A DNA stretch of 64,000 nucleotides from Reclinomonas americana ATCC 50394 (Eukaryota). A program made the translations under genes and the position numbers. The notes under the pieces are model-generated. The model made no database searches and was not told the DNA's origin. It was given only the letters and a program-made list of their open reading frames with translations. This document shows, piece by piece, positions 1-9,682 of this stretch. How positions within the stretch are numbered: the first letter of the stretch is position 1; each line of letters begins with the position of its first letter. The stretch spans positions 1,302,001-1,366,000 of the forward strand of contig PS015009.1 of NCBI GenBank assembly GCA_048213135.1. The letters are read 5' to 3'.

Positions 1-1
1 A

Positions 2-2611
2 AATGAAGGCTCCTTTTTCAGCTTCCTCAATGGCTCCTGGCGCAGGCTAAAGAAACAGGTACAGCAGAGTTATGATCTATCTAAACACCAGGTAAAGCCC
101 GCCATTACAGCCATCCTGCAGCAACTTAAAAACGAGTACAGCACACTGGCTGCCGCTGAACAGGATAAAAAACAGTTACAGGAAGAATACCACCTCGACA
201 ATATCGACATCACTTCCATTGCCATAGATGTGCTGCGCAATAAACGCGGCGATAAAGAGATCGATTACCTGCTGGCACACCCCGATGCCAATAATATCGT
301 ACGTCGTTTGTATAAACTCAACAATACATTATTACAACTCGATACGCAGTTGTCGCAGTGCTTATCCGCTTATGCAGATAAACCTGTTGCCACGGTAAAC
401 GACCTGCTCGAAAGCGTTGAACTGAATATTGACACACTTCCATCCCTCCTGCCCGTTCTGCGGGAGTATGCCGCTTTGCCTGCCGGAGTTAAAAAAGCCA
501 TACAAACACTGCCGCTCACACCCGTACAGGCCGAGGCTGCCATGGCTTCCAAAACATTGCAACAGTTATATCAACAGAATAAAGCTTTCGCCGGTACCGA
601 CGAGCAGTCCATTGAAAGGGCCGTACAGCACATACAGCAGCTTTACAAACAACTGCTCGACTGCAATGCCAACTGTATACGTGCCGGCATCCGTCAGCAA
701 TTCATCAGTAATATAGAACTCAGTAATACCGCCATCAGCCAGCTGGATACAGAACAACGGCAGTTAAAGAAAAACTATAATGAGGGAAGAAAGATACTGG
801 AGAATGAGTTCGGCAAAAGCATACGGTACAAAAGCATTCGTGAGTTGTGCGCCAAAGAAAGCGGCCTGGTACTGAAAGACATCAAACCTGTTTGGCTGAT
901 GAGTCCGCTCAGCGTAAGCGACTCCCTCCCGCTCGACACCGCGTTCTTCGATGTGGTGATTTTCGATGAGGCCAGCCAGATCACATTGGAAGAAGGTGTA
1001 CCCGCTTTATACCGTTCCCCACAAACCATCATTGTAGGCGACGATAAGCAAATGCCGCCCACCAATTTCTTCTCCGCCCGCGCCGAGGACCCCGATGACC
1101 TGGAGGCCGCCGATGACGACGACAGTGGTGAAGTTTTGAGTACCGATGCCGACAGTCTGCTGGTGCAGGGCGCCCGCAAACTCAGCAGCACCATGCTCAG
1201 CTGGCATTACCGCAGCCATTACGAAACACTCATCAGTTACAGCAACCACGCCTTCTATACCGCAGCCCTGCTCACCATTCCCGACAAAACCATTCACCAC
1301 GGAAGCAAGGCCGCCATTGAAGTTACTCAACCCGAAGACGGAGCCACTTTTGCCGACCAGTTGTATGACCGCAGCATCAGTTTTCATTTTCATCCCAACA
1401 GTATTTATGAAAAACGCAACAACCAGCATGAAGCCAATTACATCGCTCACCTCGTACGTGAACTGTTGAGCAGGAATGTGAAAGAAAGCATAGGTATTGT
1501 GGCTTTCAGCCAGGAGCAGCAGCACACCATTGAAGATGCGCTTACCACGCTGGCGCAAAGCGATCCTGTTTTTGAACAACAACTGGAAGAGGCCTGCAAC
1601 CGCACCGAAGATGACCAGTTTGTAGGACTCATCATCAAGAACCTGGAGAACATACAGGGCGACGAACGCGACATCATCATCATGAGCGTTTGTTACGGAT
1701 TTGACGCGAAGAAAAAAATGATCATGAACTTTGGCCCCATCAATAAGAAAGGAGGAGAAAAAAGGCTCAACGTAATTTTCAGCCGTGCCAAAAAGCATAT
1801 GGCTGTTGTTAGCAGTATCAAGTACCACAACATCACCAACGAATACAATGAAGGCGCCAATTACCTGCGCCGGTTTTTGCAATATGCCGAAGCTGTAAGC
1901 ACCGGTAATATGGCCACCGCACGCCTCATCCTCGATTCGCTGGCGTTGAATAAGCCGGCTGCAGCCGCAGCAGTCACATCGACCATCGTTGCCCGCGAAC
2001 TCAAACAAAAACTGGAAGAACTGGGTTATGAAGTGGCCGAACGCGTGGGACAGTCAGATTTTAAATGTTCGCTCGCTATCCGCCAGAAACATGACGACAA
2101 CGCTTACACCTTAAGCATCCTCATCGACGATGATAAACATTACAGCAACAATAACCTGGTAGAGCAGTATTACCAGCGCCCGGCTATACTGCAGTCTTTC
2201 GGTTGGCGGTATATACAGGTATTCGCTAAAGACTGGTTGCAGGACCCCGCCAAAGTGGTGGAACACGTACTTCGCCGGCTGAAGGAAGACCCGGAGGCGC
2301 CTGCGCCTCTTGCCGACATACCCGCACCGGTGATCTCCACCGTTGCCGAGCCTCTTGCACCCAACACACAGGAAACGCCAGCCCTGCCCGGTTTCGACGA
2401 TGTGCAGTTTGAACGCCTTGTATTCACCGATGCCACCAGCAACAAATTCTGGGAGGCGGGTACACAAAACAATAAACTGGTAGTGCGTTATGGACGTGTG
2501 GGGACAAAAGGACAGGTGCAGGTAAAGACTTTTGCAGATGCGGAGAAAGCAACAAAGGAAAAAGAAAAAATGGTAAATGAAAAAATAAACAAAGGATATA
2601 AAAGGGGGTAA
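2..2611 (+). CDS. Superfamily 1 (UPF1/DNA2-like) helicase with Vsr/REase-like domain and C-terminal WGR domain; 5'-truncated by the window edge
   Basis: The frame is open from base 2. Motifs FDVVIFDEASQ, IIVGDDKQMPP, LSWHYRS, NLENIQGDERD and RLNVIFSRAK are present, then a Vsr-like segment (GYEV...SFGWRYIQVFAKDW) and a WGR-type tail (SNKFWE...VRYGRVGTKGQ...EKINKGY). Confidence 0.85.
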   Translation, partial: NEGSFFSFLNGSWRRLKKQVQQSYDLSKHQVKPAITAILQQLKNEYSTLAAAEQDKKQLQEEYHLDNIDITSIAIDVLRNKRGDKEIDYLLAHPDANNIVRRLYKLNNTLLQLDTQLSQCLSAYADKPVATVNDLLESVELNIDTLPSLLPVLREYAALPAGVKKAIQTLPLTPVQAEAAMASKTLQQLYQQNKAFAGTDEQSIERAVQHIQQLYKQLLDCNANCIRAGIRQQFISNIELSNTAISQLDTEQRQLKKNYNEGRKILENEFGKSIRYKSIRELCAKESGLVLKDIKPVWLMSPLSVSDSLPLDTAFFDVVIFDEASQITLEEGVPALYRSPQTIIVGDDKQMPPTNFFSARAEDPDDLEAADDDDSGEVLSTDADSLLVQGARKLSSTMLSWHYRSHYETLISYSNHAFYTAALLTIPDKTIHHGSKAAIEVTQPEDGATFADQLYDRSISFHFHPNSIYEKRNNQHEANYIAHLVRELLSRNVKESIGIVAFSQEQQHTIEDALTTLAQSDPVFEQQLEEACNRTEDDQFVGLIIKNLENIQGDERDIIIMSVCYGFDAKKKMIMNFGPINKKGGEKRLNVIFSRAKKHMAVVSSIKYHNITNEYNEGANYLRRFLQYAEAVSTGNMATARLILDSLALNKPAAAAAVTSTIVARELKQKLEELGYEVAERVGQSDFKCSLAIRQKHDDNAYTLSILIDDDKHYSNNNLVEQYYQRPAILQSFGWRYIQVFAKDWLQDPAKVVEHVLRRLKEDPEAPAPLADIPAPVISTVAEPLAPNTQETPALPGFDDVQFERLVFTDATSNKFWEAGTQNNKLVVRYGRVGTKGQVQVKTFADAEKATKEKEKMVNEKINKGYKRG

Positions 2612-2746
2612 CATTCGCTGATTATCGGGAGAAAGATCAAAAGGGGTGTTTTTCCCGTTGCAACTCTATCCTATACGGGTAATCTTTGATTCTGACTGTC
2701 TGGGTATATTCCGTGCCCGGCCTAAACCAATCAAAAATTATCCCTT

Positions 2747-5068
2747 ATGAAGAAAGTCATCTTATGCCTGCTGTGGATACTGTTTTGCATCCACGCAGAA
2801 TCCATCGCACAGGCAAAGCCCATAAAATTTGAAAAAGCAAAACGGGTACTCGTCAGTTTGAAAGGAGAAAATTCCACAGCCTATCAAACCATTACAGACG
2901 CCAGCGGAAAAAACAGTTTCATTTTCAAAACCATCCCCGACAGTATCGTTATTTCATTCCTTGATGAAAATTATGCAAGTGTAAAAGTGATGCTCTTTAC
3001 ACCAGGCGTCGATACACTGTACCTGTCTGTATCCGGTAAAGAAAATAATACCGAAAAGCTCTCGTTGTCCAGCTTCAGCAACGGCAAACTGGTATTATCG
3101 GTATTAAAAAATCAGCTGTCTTCCATCTCCGGGCGCCCGGCTACAAAAGGATTTGTTTTCACTGAATCCAAAAGCGGTATCGCATTCATTCTTCCTGATC
3201 CTGAAAAGCCCAAACCGGCAGAAAAGCCTAAAGACAGCACTTGCAACAGGAAAAAAGATCCTGTTCAGAGAGTGAAAGATGCTGATACTGAACTGGTTAA
3301 GACCCTTATCCAATGTATCTATTGCGATAATTTTCCCGATTGTAAAGAAAAAATGCTGGCCTATACGCCATCAGGAAAAGGGAAAAAGGGGAAAGCCCCA
3401 TGTGACAAAGAAGACAACAAGAAAACAGCTGCCAGGTTTATTTGTGTATATGAAGTAGATGGCGAAGTGTCCTGGTATAAAAATGAAGTGTCGGTAGCCA
3501 ATAAGATCGATATCAAAAAAGTAAAGCCGGTGAACAGGAGCGAGATCACCGTCATTATTAAAGGTAAGGAGGCCGACGAGGATTATATTGTAACGGCCGA
3601 TGGTAATTCCTTCTTCATGGAAGAGTCCGGCAAAGCTGCAGACATTGTTTCTGGTTTGGGTAAGGAAAAAAAGGAAGATGATACTCGGAATGAAACGCCT
3701 GCCGGAGGTGATACTGCCCCGACCGACAGTATACAGACAGCTGAGAAAATAAAAGAAGCGTCAATAAATGAAGTGAAAACGCTGGAATCTTTCAATCGAA
3801 TCGACTTCTCCAGGTTAAGTATCAGGCCCCAGATGATTGATATGGGCCAGGTTTTTATGCTTAAGCCAAATTTTAAAAAGCTGGAGGGCGCAGCCATAAA
3901 TAATTTAATTACAAGGCTAAATATTGCTACAGACTCCATCTACAGGACGAAAAAAGCTGAGGATTCTATCGAAAGAGTAAATTACCGGGCATGGCAGGAG
4001 AAACAGAAAAACACTCCAACTGTAAACCAGGATATCCTAAATATCATGAGTAAAAGTAAATGGAAAGAAGAGTTCCTTGCGCTCGATAAAGTACTTGAAA
4101 GAATCAATGCCCGTTTTGCAGGCAACGACTTTATGAGTAGCGACCTTGCAGAAGCCATTGCCAGGTTGCAGCAGGGAATAAAAAGCTGCCTGCATTTTGC
4201 GCCTTCCCGCGATCCCGAAAAACTGCGGGCTGCGCTCAATATCGTCAGGTGTTCTGAAGTGGATTCCATGTACCTCGACGATTGTGATCTGCTGATCGAA
4301 TCCATTGTTGCAGAATACAAGCTGTTGTTGTCTAAAACCGCCAATGGTCGCCGCATCTTCACTAAAGTGATTGCAGTGCCCGATGAAGATGAGTTTAAAC
4401 TTGAGATCAAGGCCAAGAAAACAGAGAAGAGCATTTTGGAAAGAACCTTCATTGTAAAAGGCGGTTTCAAGATCGATTTCAGCAGCGGCATCTTTTTCAC
4501 CGGACTGGCCAGTCCCGATTTTATACTCGCCAAATCGAATTTTAAATATTATGAAAGCCAAGACACAATTCTTGTAGGATCAAATGGCGTACCGCGTGAT
4601 AGTGTTATGTATACAGGTAAAGTACTCGACGCTTCCGGAAATTTCATTCGCGAGAACAAGACTAAACTGAACTACGGGGCAGGCTTCTTTGCCCATGGTT
4701 ACTGGAGAACCGGAGCTTTCCTCAACTATGGCGGTGTAGTCGGACTGGTACTCAACAACAGCGGCCAGTTGCTCGGCATGTTGGGCGGTTCACTCATGTT
4801 CAGGGCGGGCAAAAACAGGTTGTCTATCATATCTGGCGTAGCCATTGGTAAAAAGCAATTCATTTCTGCCTCAGCAGAACCTTATATGTACAAAGAAGAC
4901 TACCGTCGCTTTGAGAATGGCCAAACCATTTACCAGAACCTGCGGGACGTACCTCGCTTTTATGATAACGGAGCGGAGAATAAAGTACAGACCTACGAAA
5001 AATGGACCGCCAGTTATTTCTTCGGCGTTTCATTCAACTTCGCCACCATTTCACCCGGGGGCAAATAA
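2747..5068 (+). CDS. Exported hypothetical protein with a probable C-terminal beta-barrel-like region
   Basis: 773-aa ORF with an N-terminal signal peptide (MKKVILCLLWILFCIHA) and amphipathic aromatic strands at the C-terminus (YFFGVSFNF). Confidence 0.6.
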   Translation: MKKVILCLLWILFCIHAESIAQAKPIKFEKAKRVLVSLKGENSTAYQTITDASGKNSFIFKTIPDSIVISFLDENYASVKVMLFTPGVDTLYLSVSGKENNTEKLSLSSFSNGKLVLSVLKNQLSSISGRPATKGFVFTESKSGIAFILPDPEKPKPAEKPKDSTCNRKKDPVQRVKDADTELVKTLIQCIYCDNFPDCKEKMLAYTPSGKGKKGKAPCDKEDNKKTAARFICVYEVDGEVSWYKNEVSVANKIDIKKVKPVNRSEITVIIKGKEADEDYIVTADGNSFFMEESGKAADIVSGLGKEKKEDDTRNETPAGGDTAPTDSIQTAEKIKEASINEVKTLESFNRIDFSRLSIRPQMIDMGQVFMLKPNFKKLEGAAINNLITRLNIATDSIYRTKKAEDSIERVNYRAWQEKQKNTPTVNQDILNIMSKSKWKEEFLALDKVLERINARFAGNDFMSSDLAEAIARLQQGIKSCLHFAPSRDPEKLRAALNIVRCSEVDSMYLDDCDLLIESIVAEYKLLLSKTANGRRIFTKVIAVPDEDEFKLEIKAKKTEKSILERTFIVKGGFKIDFSSGIFFTGLASPDFILAKSNFKYYESQDTILVGSNGVPRDSVMYTGKVLDASGNFIRENKTKLNYGAGFFAHGYWRTGAFLNYGGVVGLVLNNSGQLLGMLGGSLMFRAGKNRLSIISGVAIGKKQFISASAEPYMYKEDYRRFENGQTIYQNLRDVPRFYDNGAENKVQTYEKWTASYFFGVSFNFATISPGGK

Positions 5069-5095
5069 TCACCTGACCCTGTAATTCTACCGCCG

Positions 5096-5128
5096 ATAAA
5101 AGGGAGCTCGTTAAGAGCTCCCTTTTAT
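5096..5128. terminator. Rho-independent terminator, likely bidirectional
   Basis: Perfect 14-bp inverted repeat ATAAAAGGGAGCTC-GTTAA-GAGCTCCCTTTTAT just after the 2747..5068 ORF. Confidence 0.8.
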
Positions 5129-5287
5129 TGTTCACACTACTGTAAGGATGTTCAGTATCAACTATTTCATTATCTTCCCAATTGTTGTGTTCCGGCAAAA
5201 TTTTTATTGGGTTAAGGAATTGGCAGATAGTCACACTTATTTCTGTAGCCAGCCTCTCGGCCCAATTAAACAATAGTATTTACATTC

Positions 5288-6103
5288 ATGATCGAGATCT
5301 TCGATAACATCCGCAAACTTTACCGCTTTGCCGACCCCTGCCCGGAACTGTCAGGCTATATCGAATTCTTTTCAGAAACAGCGCTCGACGCCACGCAGCG
5401 CTACATCAATACCGAAGAATTTACCGTAAAGCTTTTCCCCAGTTATACCCCAACCATTTGGATCAACCTCGGCTCGCCTTATCATTTAAAAACAGGCGAT
5501 AAATGGCATCGCATCAGCGAACAAAAAGATATCCTGTTACTGAGAAGCGACATTGTAGAACGGGTTAACCTGCCCAGCGACAATATTTTTACCATCAAAT
5601 TTGTTCCCGGTGGTTTTGAAGCCATCTTGGGTTTCAGCCAGGCGAAGATCAGCGACAGCATTATTGATGTGCATCAAATCATAGCCGCTTCTTTTATTAA
5701 AAAGGTAAAAAACTGCGCTTCTTTTGAAGACCGTGTGGCATTACTGCAAAAATTCTTTCTTCAAAAATTGGACAAAGCGGCTTCTGCCCAACAATCCGGA
5801 ATCGATTATGTAAATCGGGCCATTGGCAACTTCAGCAACTCCGGCATGGCAAGCGGCAGCGATGAAGTGGCCCGTCAGTTGTATGTTACCCACAAAACGC
5901 TCTATCGTCATTTCAATAACATCATCGGCACCAGTGCCAAAAACTATTTCGCTATTGTAAGGGCACGTACCGCACTTACTTCTTATGTAAATGAGGCCGG
6001 TTCTTTTTCAGCATTGGATCATGGTTATTACGACAACAGCCATTTCAGTAAAGACGTGCTGAAGTTCACCGGCCGAAAATTATCCGCTTACCGCTCCTGT
6101 TAA
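5288..6103 (+). CDS. AraC-family transcriptional regulator
   Basis: N-terminal PCPELSGYIEFF sensor-type domain and C-terminal HTH with GYYDNSHFSKDVLKFTG. Confidence 0.85.
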   Translation: MIEIFDNIRKLYRFADPCPELSGYIEFFSETALDATQRYINTEEFTVKLFPSYTPTIWINLGSPYHLKTGDKWHRISEQKDILLLRSDIVERVNLPSDNIFTIKFVPGGFEAILGFSQAKISDSIIDVHQIIAASFIKKVKNCASFEDRVALLQKFFLQKLDKAASAQQSGIDYVNRAIGNFSNSGMASGSDEVARQLYVTHKTLYRHFNNIIGTSAKNYFAIVRARTALTSYVNEAGSFSALDHGYYDNSHFSKDVLKFTGRKLSAYRSC

Positions 6104-6161
6104 TGTCCTGTTTTTACTTTTTTTACTTTTGACATCAGCCTATGTTTGTGAAAAAAAGAGG

Positions 6162-7595
6162 ATGAAAGTATTGCCATTAGTTATCGCGTTCCTGTTTTTA
6201 CAAAACGCTTCCTTCGCACAGGCATATACACCGAAAATAGAGCCCTGCCCCTGCATGATCAAGGTAGATACGCAGCTCATCTCCCGTTGCGGTTACCTCG
6301 TTGTTCCGGAAAACAGGCAGAAGCCCGGCGGACGAACCGTTAAAGTACCTTTTGTATTTGTAAGAAAACCGGGAATGGATTCCGCCAATAACATCACTCT
6401 TTATACCACCGGTGGACCCGGTTACAGCACCACCGCCAATTTCGACAGTATTACTTACCGCTCCGATTTTTTACTCTTCGGCGGTTTCATTGCTTTTGAC
6501 CAGCGGGGAACCAAAAGAGCGCAGCCCTGCCTGGATTGTGCCGAAGTACCGCTGGCTGAAATGCGTGCTTACCGCGAAAACCTGTCCAAAGACAGTTTGG
6601 AACAACTCGCTGTTCAGCAATGCAGGAAAAGATTATCCGCACAGGGCATCAACCTCTCTTCCTACAACACCATCGAAAGCGCCGCAGACATCAACGACCT
6701 TCGCCAACTGCTGAACATACAATCCCTTAACCTGTTTGGTATATCATACAGCGGCGGGCTTATGCTTACCGTTGCCCGCAACCATCCGCAGGGTATTCGT
6801 TCGCTTATTCTTAATTCGCCGCTGCCCGGTTTTGTGAATTACGAGGAACATGGATTATTCAATATGAATGAAGCCATCAACCAGGTGTTTGATAATTACG
6901 AGGCCGACTCTGCCGGTCAATATGGCAACCTCAGGGAACGTTTTCACCAATACTTCAGCAGCATTACGGGAAAACGTTTTACCATCAATTACACAGGAAA
7001 AGGTAATGTTGATGAGCAGGCGATTACCTATACCAAAAATGAACTGCTCGATGCCATCTTCAGCCGTATGAACAACGCACTGCTGAAGCGGGTACCTTTT
7101 GTAATGAACGAGATCATTAGTGGTAATCATACTTCTTATGTAGCAGGAATACTTAATGACGTGTTTTCCGGCAACAGCAGTCTCTCTCACGGCATGCGGT
7201 ATTCCATGTACTGTACAGAGCAGATCGCTTATGCCGATAAAGCCCTCGTGCAAAAGCAGGACGGTATACTTCCCTGGTTTGCCGGTTATGCCTTTAATAA
7301 TGTCGATCATAATATTTGCAGTTGCTGGAAAGTAAAACCAGAGCCGCCTGTTGTTAAAACACCTGTGTACTCCGGTATCCCCGTCCTCATCGTTGGCGGC
7401 GACGCCGATCCCTGGTGCAGGCCTTTTTATAACCGCCTCATCAAACGCACCATGCCCAATGCCCAGGTATTGACCATACACAACAACTGTCATGGCGCCA
7501 GGCTGGTGGTAGATGGTGTTGATTACCTGAAGCCTTTTATGCAGGACCCGTATAAGAAGTTGGTGTCCGGGTCAAAGAATGTAATCGTGGAGTAA
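6162..7595 (+). CDS. Secreted alpha/beta hydrolase (TAP-like peptidase family)
   Basis: Signal peptide, CGYLVVPENR, GGPG oxyanion motif, FDQRGT, nucleophile elbow GISYSG, then GDADPW and a C-terminal His. ATG at 6162 follows a TATGTTTG promoter-like element. Confidence 0.85.
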   Translation: MKVLPLVIAFLFLQNASFAQAYTPKIEPCPCMIKVDTQLISRCGYLVVPENRQKPGGRTVKVPFVFVRKPGMDSANNITLYTTGGPGYSTTANFDSITYRSDFLLFGGFIAFDQRGTKRAQPCLDCAEVPLAEMRAYRENLSKDSLEQLAVQQCRKRLSAQGINLSSYNTIESAADINDLRQLLNIQSLNLFGISYSGGLMLTVARNHPQGIRSLILNSPLPGFVNYEEHGLFNMNEAINQVFDNYEADSAGQYGNLRERFHQYFSSITGKRFTINYTGKGNVDEQAITYTKNELLDAIFSRMNNALLKRVPFVMNEIISGNHTSYVAGILNDVFSGNSSLSHGMRYSMYCTEQIAYADKALVQKQDGILPWFAGYAFNNVDHNICSCWKVKPEPPVVKTPVYSGIPVLIVGGDADPWCRPFYNRLIKRTMPNAQVLTIHNNCHGARLVVDGVDYLKPFMQDPYKKLVSGSKNVIVE

Positions 7596-8202
7596 GTATT
7601 GAGTATTGAGTATTAAGTATAAAGTCGCAAGTACTGAGTAGCAAGATGGACTCATCCAGTTCCGACGGGGTCTCTCGAAGAGGACCCCGGTGTGGGTTTC
7701 ACGCAAAGACCGCAGAGGAGCAGGGCCGCAAAAGAAACAGTAGCAAGTAGCAGAACGAACTTATCCATACCGGCGACCCTATCTTGATACTCAATACTAA
7801 CTACTCATCCCGTTCCGCCGCGGTCTCTCGCAGAGGACCCCGGTGTGGGTTTCACGCAAAGCACGCAGAGGAATCAGTAACAAGTATCAAGTATTGAGTA
7901 TTGAGAAGGACTTATCCATGCAGGAGAGTTTGTCTTGCTACTTTATACTCAATACTAACTACTCATCCCGTTCCGACGGGGTCTCTCGAAGGGGACCCCG
8001 GTGTGGGTTTCACGCAAAGCACGCAGAGGAGCAGAGCCGCAAAGGAGATTGGTAAAAAGTAGCAAGTATTAAGTAGCAAGATGGACTTGCCCATAAAGTG
8101 TGGGCCTGTCTTGATACTTGATACTCAGTACTAACTACTCATCCCGTTCCGACGGGGTCTCTCGAAGAGGACCCCGGTGTGGGTTTCACGCAAAGCACGC
8201 AA
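7596..8202. repeat. Tandem array of four composite REP-like units (BIME-like)
   Basis: ACTCATCC(C/A)GTTCCGACGGGGTCTCTCGAAGAGGACCCCGGTGTGGGTTTCACGCAAAG recurs at about 7650, 7803, 7961 and 8137. The copies are separated by AGTATTG/AGTAGCA...TGCTACT/CAATACT inverted heptamer arms. Confidence 0.9.
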
Positions 8203-8240
8203 ATGTGCGGGTATGCGAATGTGCAGATTGTCTTGCGAGG

Positions 8241-8356
8241 TTGTCATCCCGGGGAACAGTTTGTCCGATAAGGAACGATACCGGAACCTCTCCCTTGCTG
8301 TCATCCCGAGGTACAGCCTGTCCCGGAGAGAGCAGCGATACCGGGAAGGGATCTCT
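8241..8356. repeat. Two copies of a second REP-like repeat (TGTCATCCCG...GATACCGG)
   Basis: TGTCATCCCGGGGAACAG...CGATACCGGAA and TGTCATCCCGAGGTACAG...CGATACCGGGAAGGGATCT lie in tandem. Confidence 0.6.
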
Positions 8357-8543
8357 ATCTAAAAGAATAACGATTTGCGAATATGCAGATCCCGCCTTCG
8401 GACGGGACAAGTTGTACGAATGGAGCCGCCGGTTGTTTTGAAAATTTTTATTCCCCTTTGCATATTTAATTATCTATACAAATTAGTATAACTTGTTTCG
8501 GGGTCCGCTATCAATTCGCATATTTATACATTCGCACATTCAC

Positions 8544-9191
8544 ATGAGAATCACCAACTCCTTCAAATATTTCGTCCTCATCCTGCTGGGGCTGGCGGCT
8601 GTTGTGGCGCTGGGGGTATGGTTTATAGAAGAGCAGCCCCGCATTTCAAAGATCATTGGCCAGGTATTGCTTATCCTCTTCGCCTGCTTCATTGTGTATG
8701 TTACGGTACAGCCCATCATCACTTCCCTGGGCGAACGGGCCGACGGTATACTAGCGGTATACCCCGATGCTTCCGGCCGGGCCCTGCACATTTTCTCTTA
8801 CTTCCTCACCAGTGCCGAGGGCATGCCCAGCACGCGGCACATACAATATTATGTACTGCTTACCGGTAACCGCAAACTGCTGTACAAGGTATTGTTCACC
8901 CACAGCATGGAGTCCCTCACAGGGCGCAGCGGCTACGAGGGTTACTCCTCTTTTGAGGAAACGGTGCTGAACAACCTGAAGTTTAAAGCAGCCATAGCGG
9001 CCTTCTCAGCCAAGGCGGGGTTTGAACTGCAACTGGGCAAGCCTGCCGCAGAAGGGGAAAATGACAGTTATCCTGTACTGCTCAATGGGTATACCTATAC
9101 CATAGCGAGGAAGGAACGAGTAGTGCGGGATGTGATGACGCTGAAATGTACGGATGCGGAGGGGAAGGTGGTTTGGGAGAAGGCTATCTGA
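8544..9191 (+). CDS. Hypothetical membrane protein with two N-terminal TM helices
   Basis: ORF with two hydrophobic segments followed by a soluble domain; ATG at 8544. Confidence 0.6.
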   Translation: MRITNSFKYFVLILLGLAAVVALGVWFIEEQPRISKIIGQVLLILFACFIVYVTVQPIITSLGERADGILAVYPDASGRALHIFSYFLTSAEGMPSTRHIQYYVLLTGNRKLLYKVLFTHSMESLTGRSGYEGYSSFEETVLNNLKFKAAIAAFSAKAGFELQLGKPAAEGENDSYPVLLNGYTYTIARKERVVRDVMTLKCTDAEGKVVWEKAI

Positions 9192-9283
9192 GCTGCCGAA
9201 GTAATAATTATGTTACCAGCGGCAGTAATTCTGGGCATCATTGTTGCGTCGCAATCCTTTCATCGGCATACCAATTTTTCAAC

Positions 9284-9682
9284 TTAATGAGGAACATTCA
9301 TTGTAATAAACAGCAGTAAAAGAAATAACCCACCTCCCAGAAAAACGATCATCATAGTATTAAGCCACTTCGTATACTTGTTAATCTTGTTTGCTTGCGC
9401 ATTCTTCTGTGAATACAGATGAAGTATTTTTCTATTAATTGCTTTTAGGGATGTATAATGGGAAACTATACTTAACAATATTACGGTTGAAAATAGCGCC
9501 CAAGAACAAATTAAAATCCATAGGCAAACTGCATCTTCTAATTTAACTATATCTTTAATAAATGCAAAAGATACACCCAAAGCACCTGATGCGAAGAATA
9601 AAATTTGCTTATCAAACTGCGATGAGCTTTCTATGTATGCTTTGTTAAGCTGTTGCCAATATTCTTTATCTTCTTCTTGCAT
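9284..9682 (-). CDS. Small hypothetical membrane protein (about 3 TM) translationally coupled to hsdR
   Basis: 132 aa with three hydrophobic segments; the start overlaps the hsdR stop (TAATG). Confidence 0.7.
   Translation of the reverse strand: MQEEDKEYWQQLNKAYIESSSQFDKQILFFASGALGVSFAFIKDIVKLEDAVCLWILICSWALFSTVILLSIVSHYTSLKAINRKILHLYSQKNAQANKINKYTKWLNTMMIVFLGGGLFLLLLFITMNVPH

Noticed and set aside
7596-8202. CRISPR array
   Set aside because: The repeats (~60 bp) and spacers (~90-110 bp) are too long, the spacers resemble one another, single copies are dispersed elsewhere, and no cas genes are present.
7843-8441. Small ORFs in the repeat region
   Set aside because: They are translations of the REP-like repeats, with the same peptide recurring.
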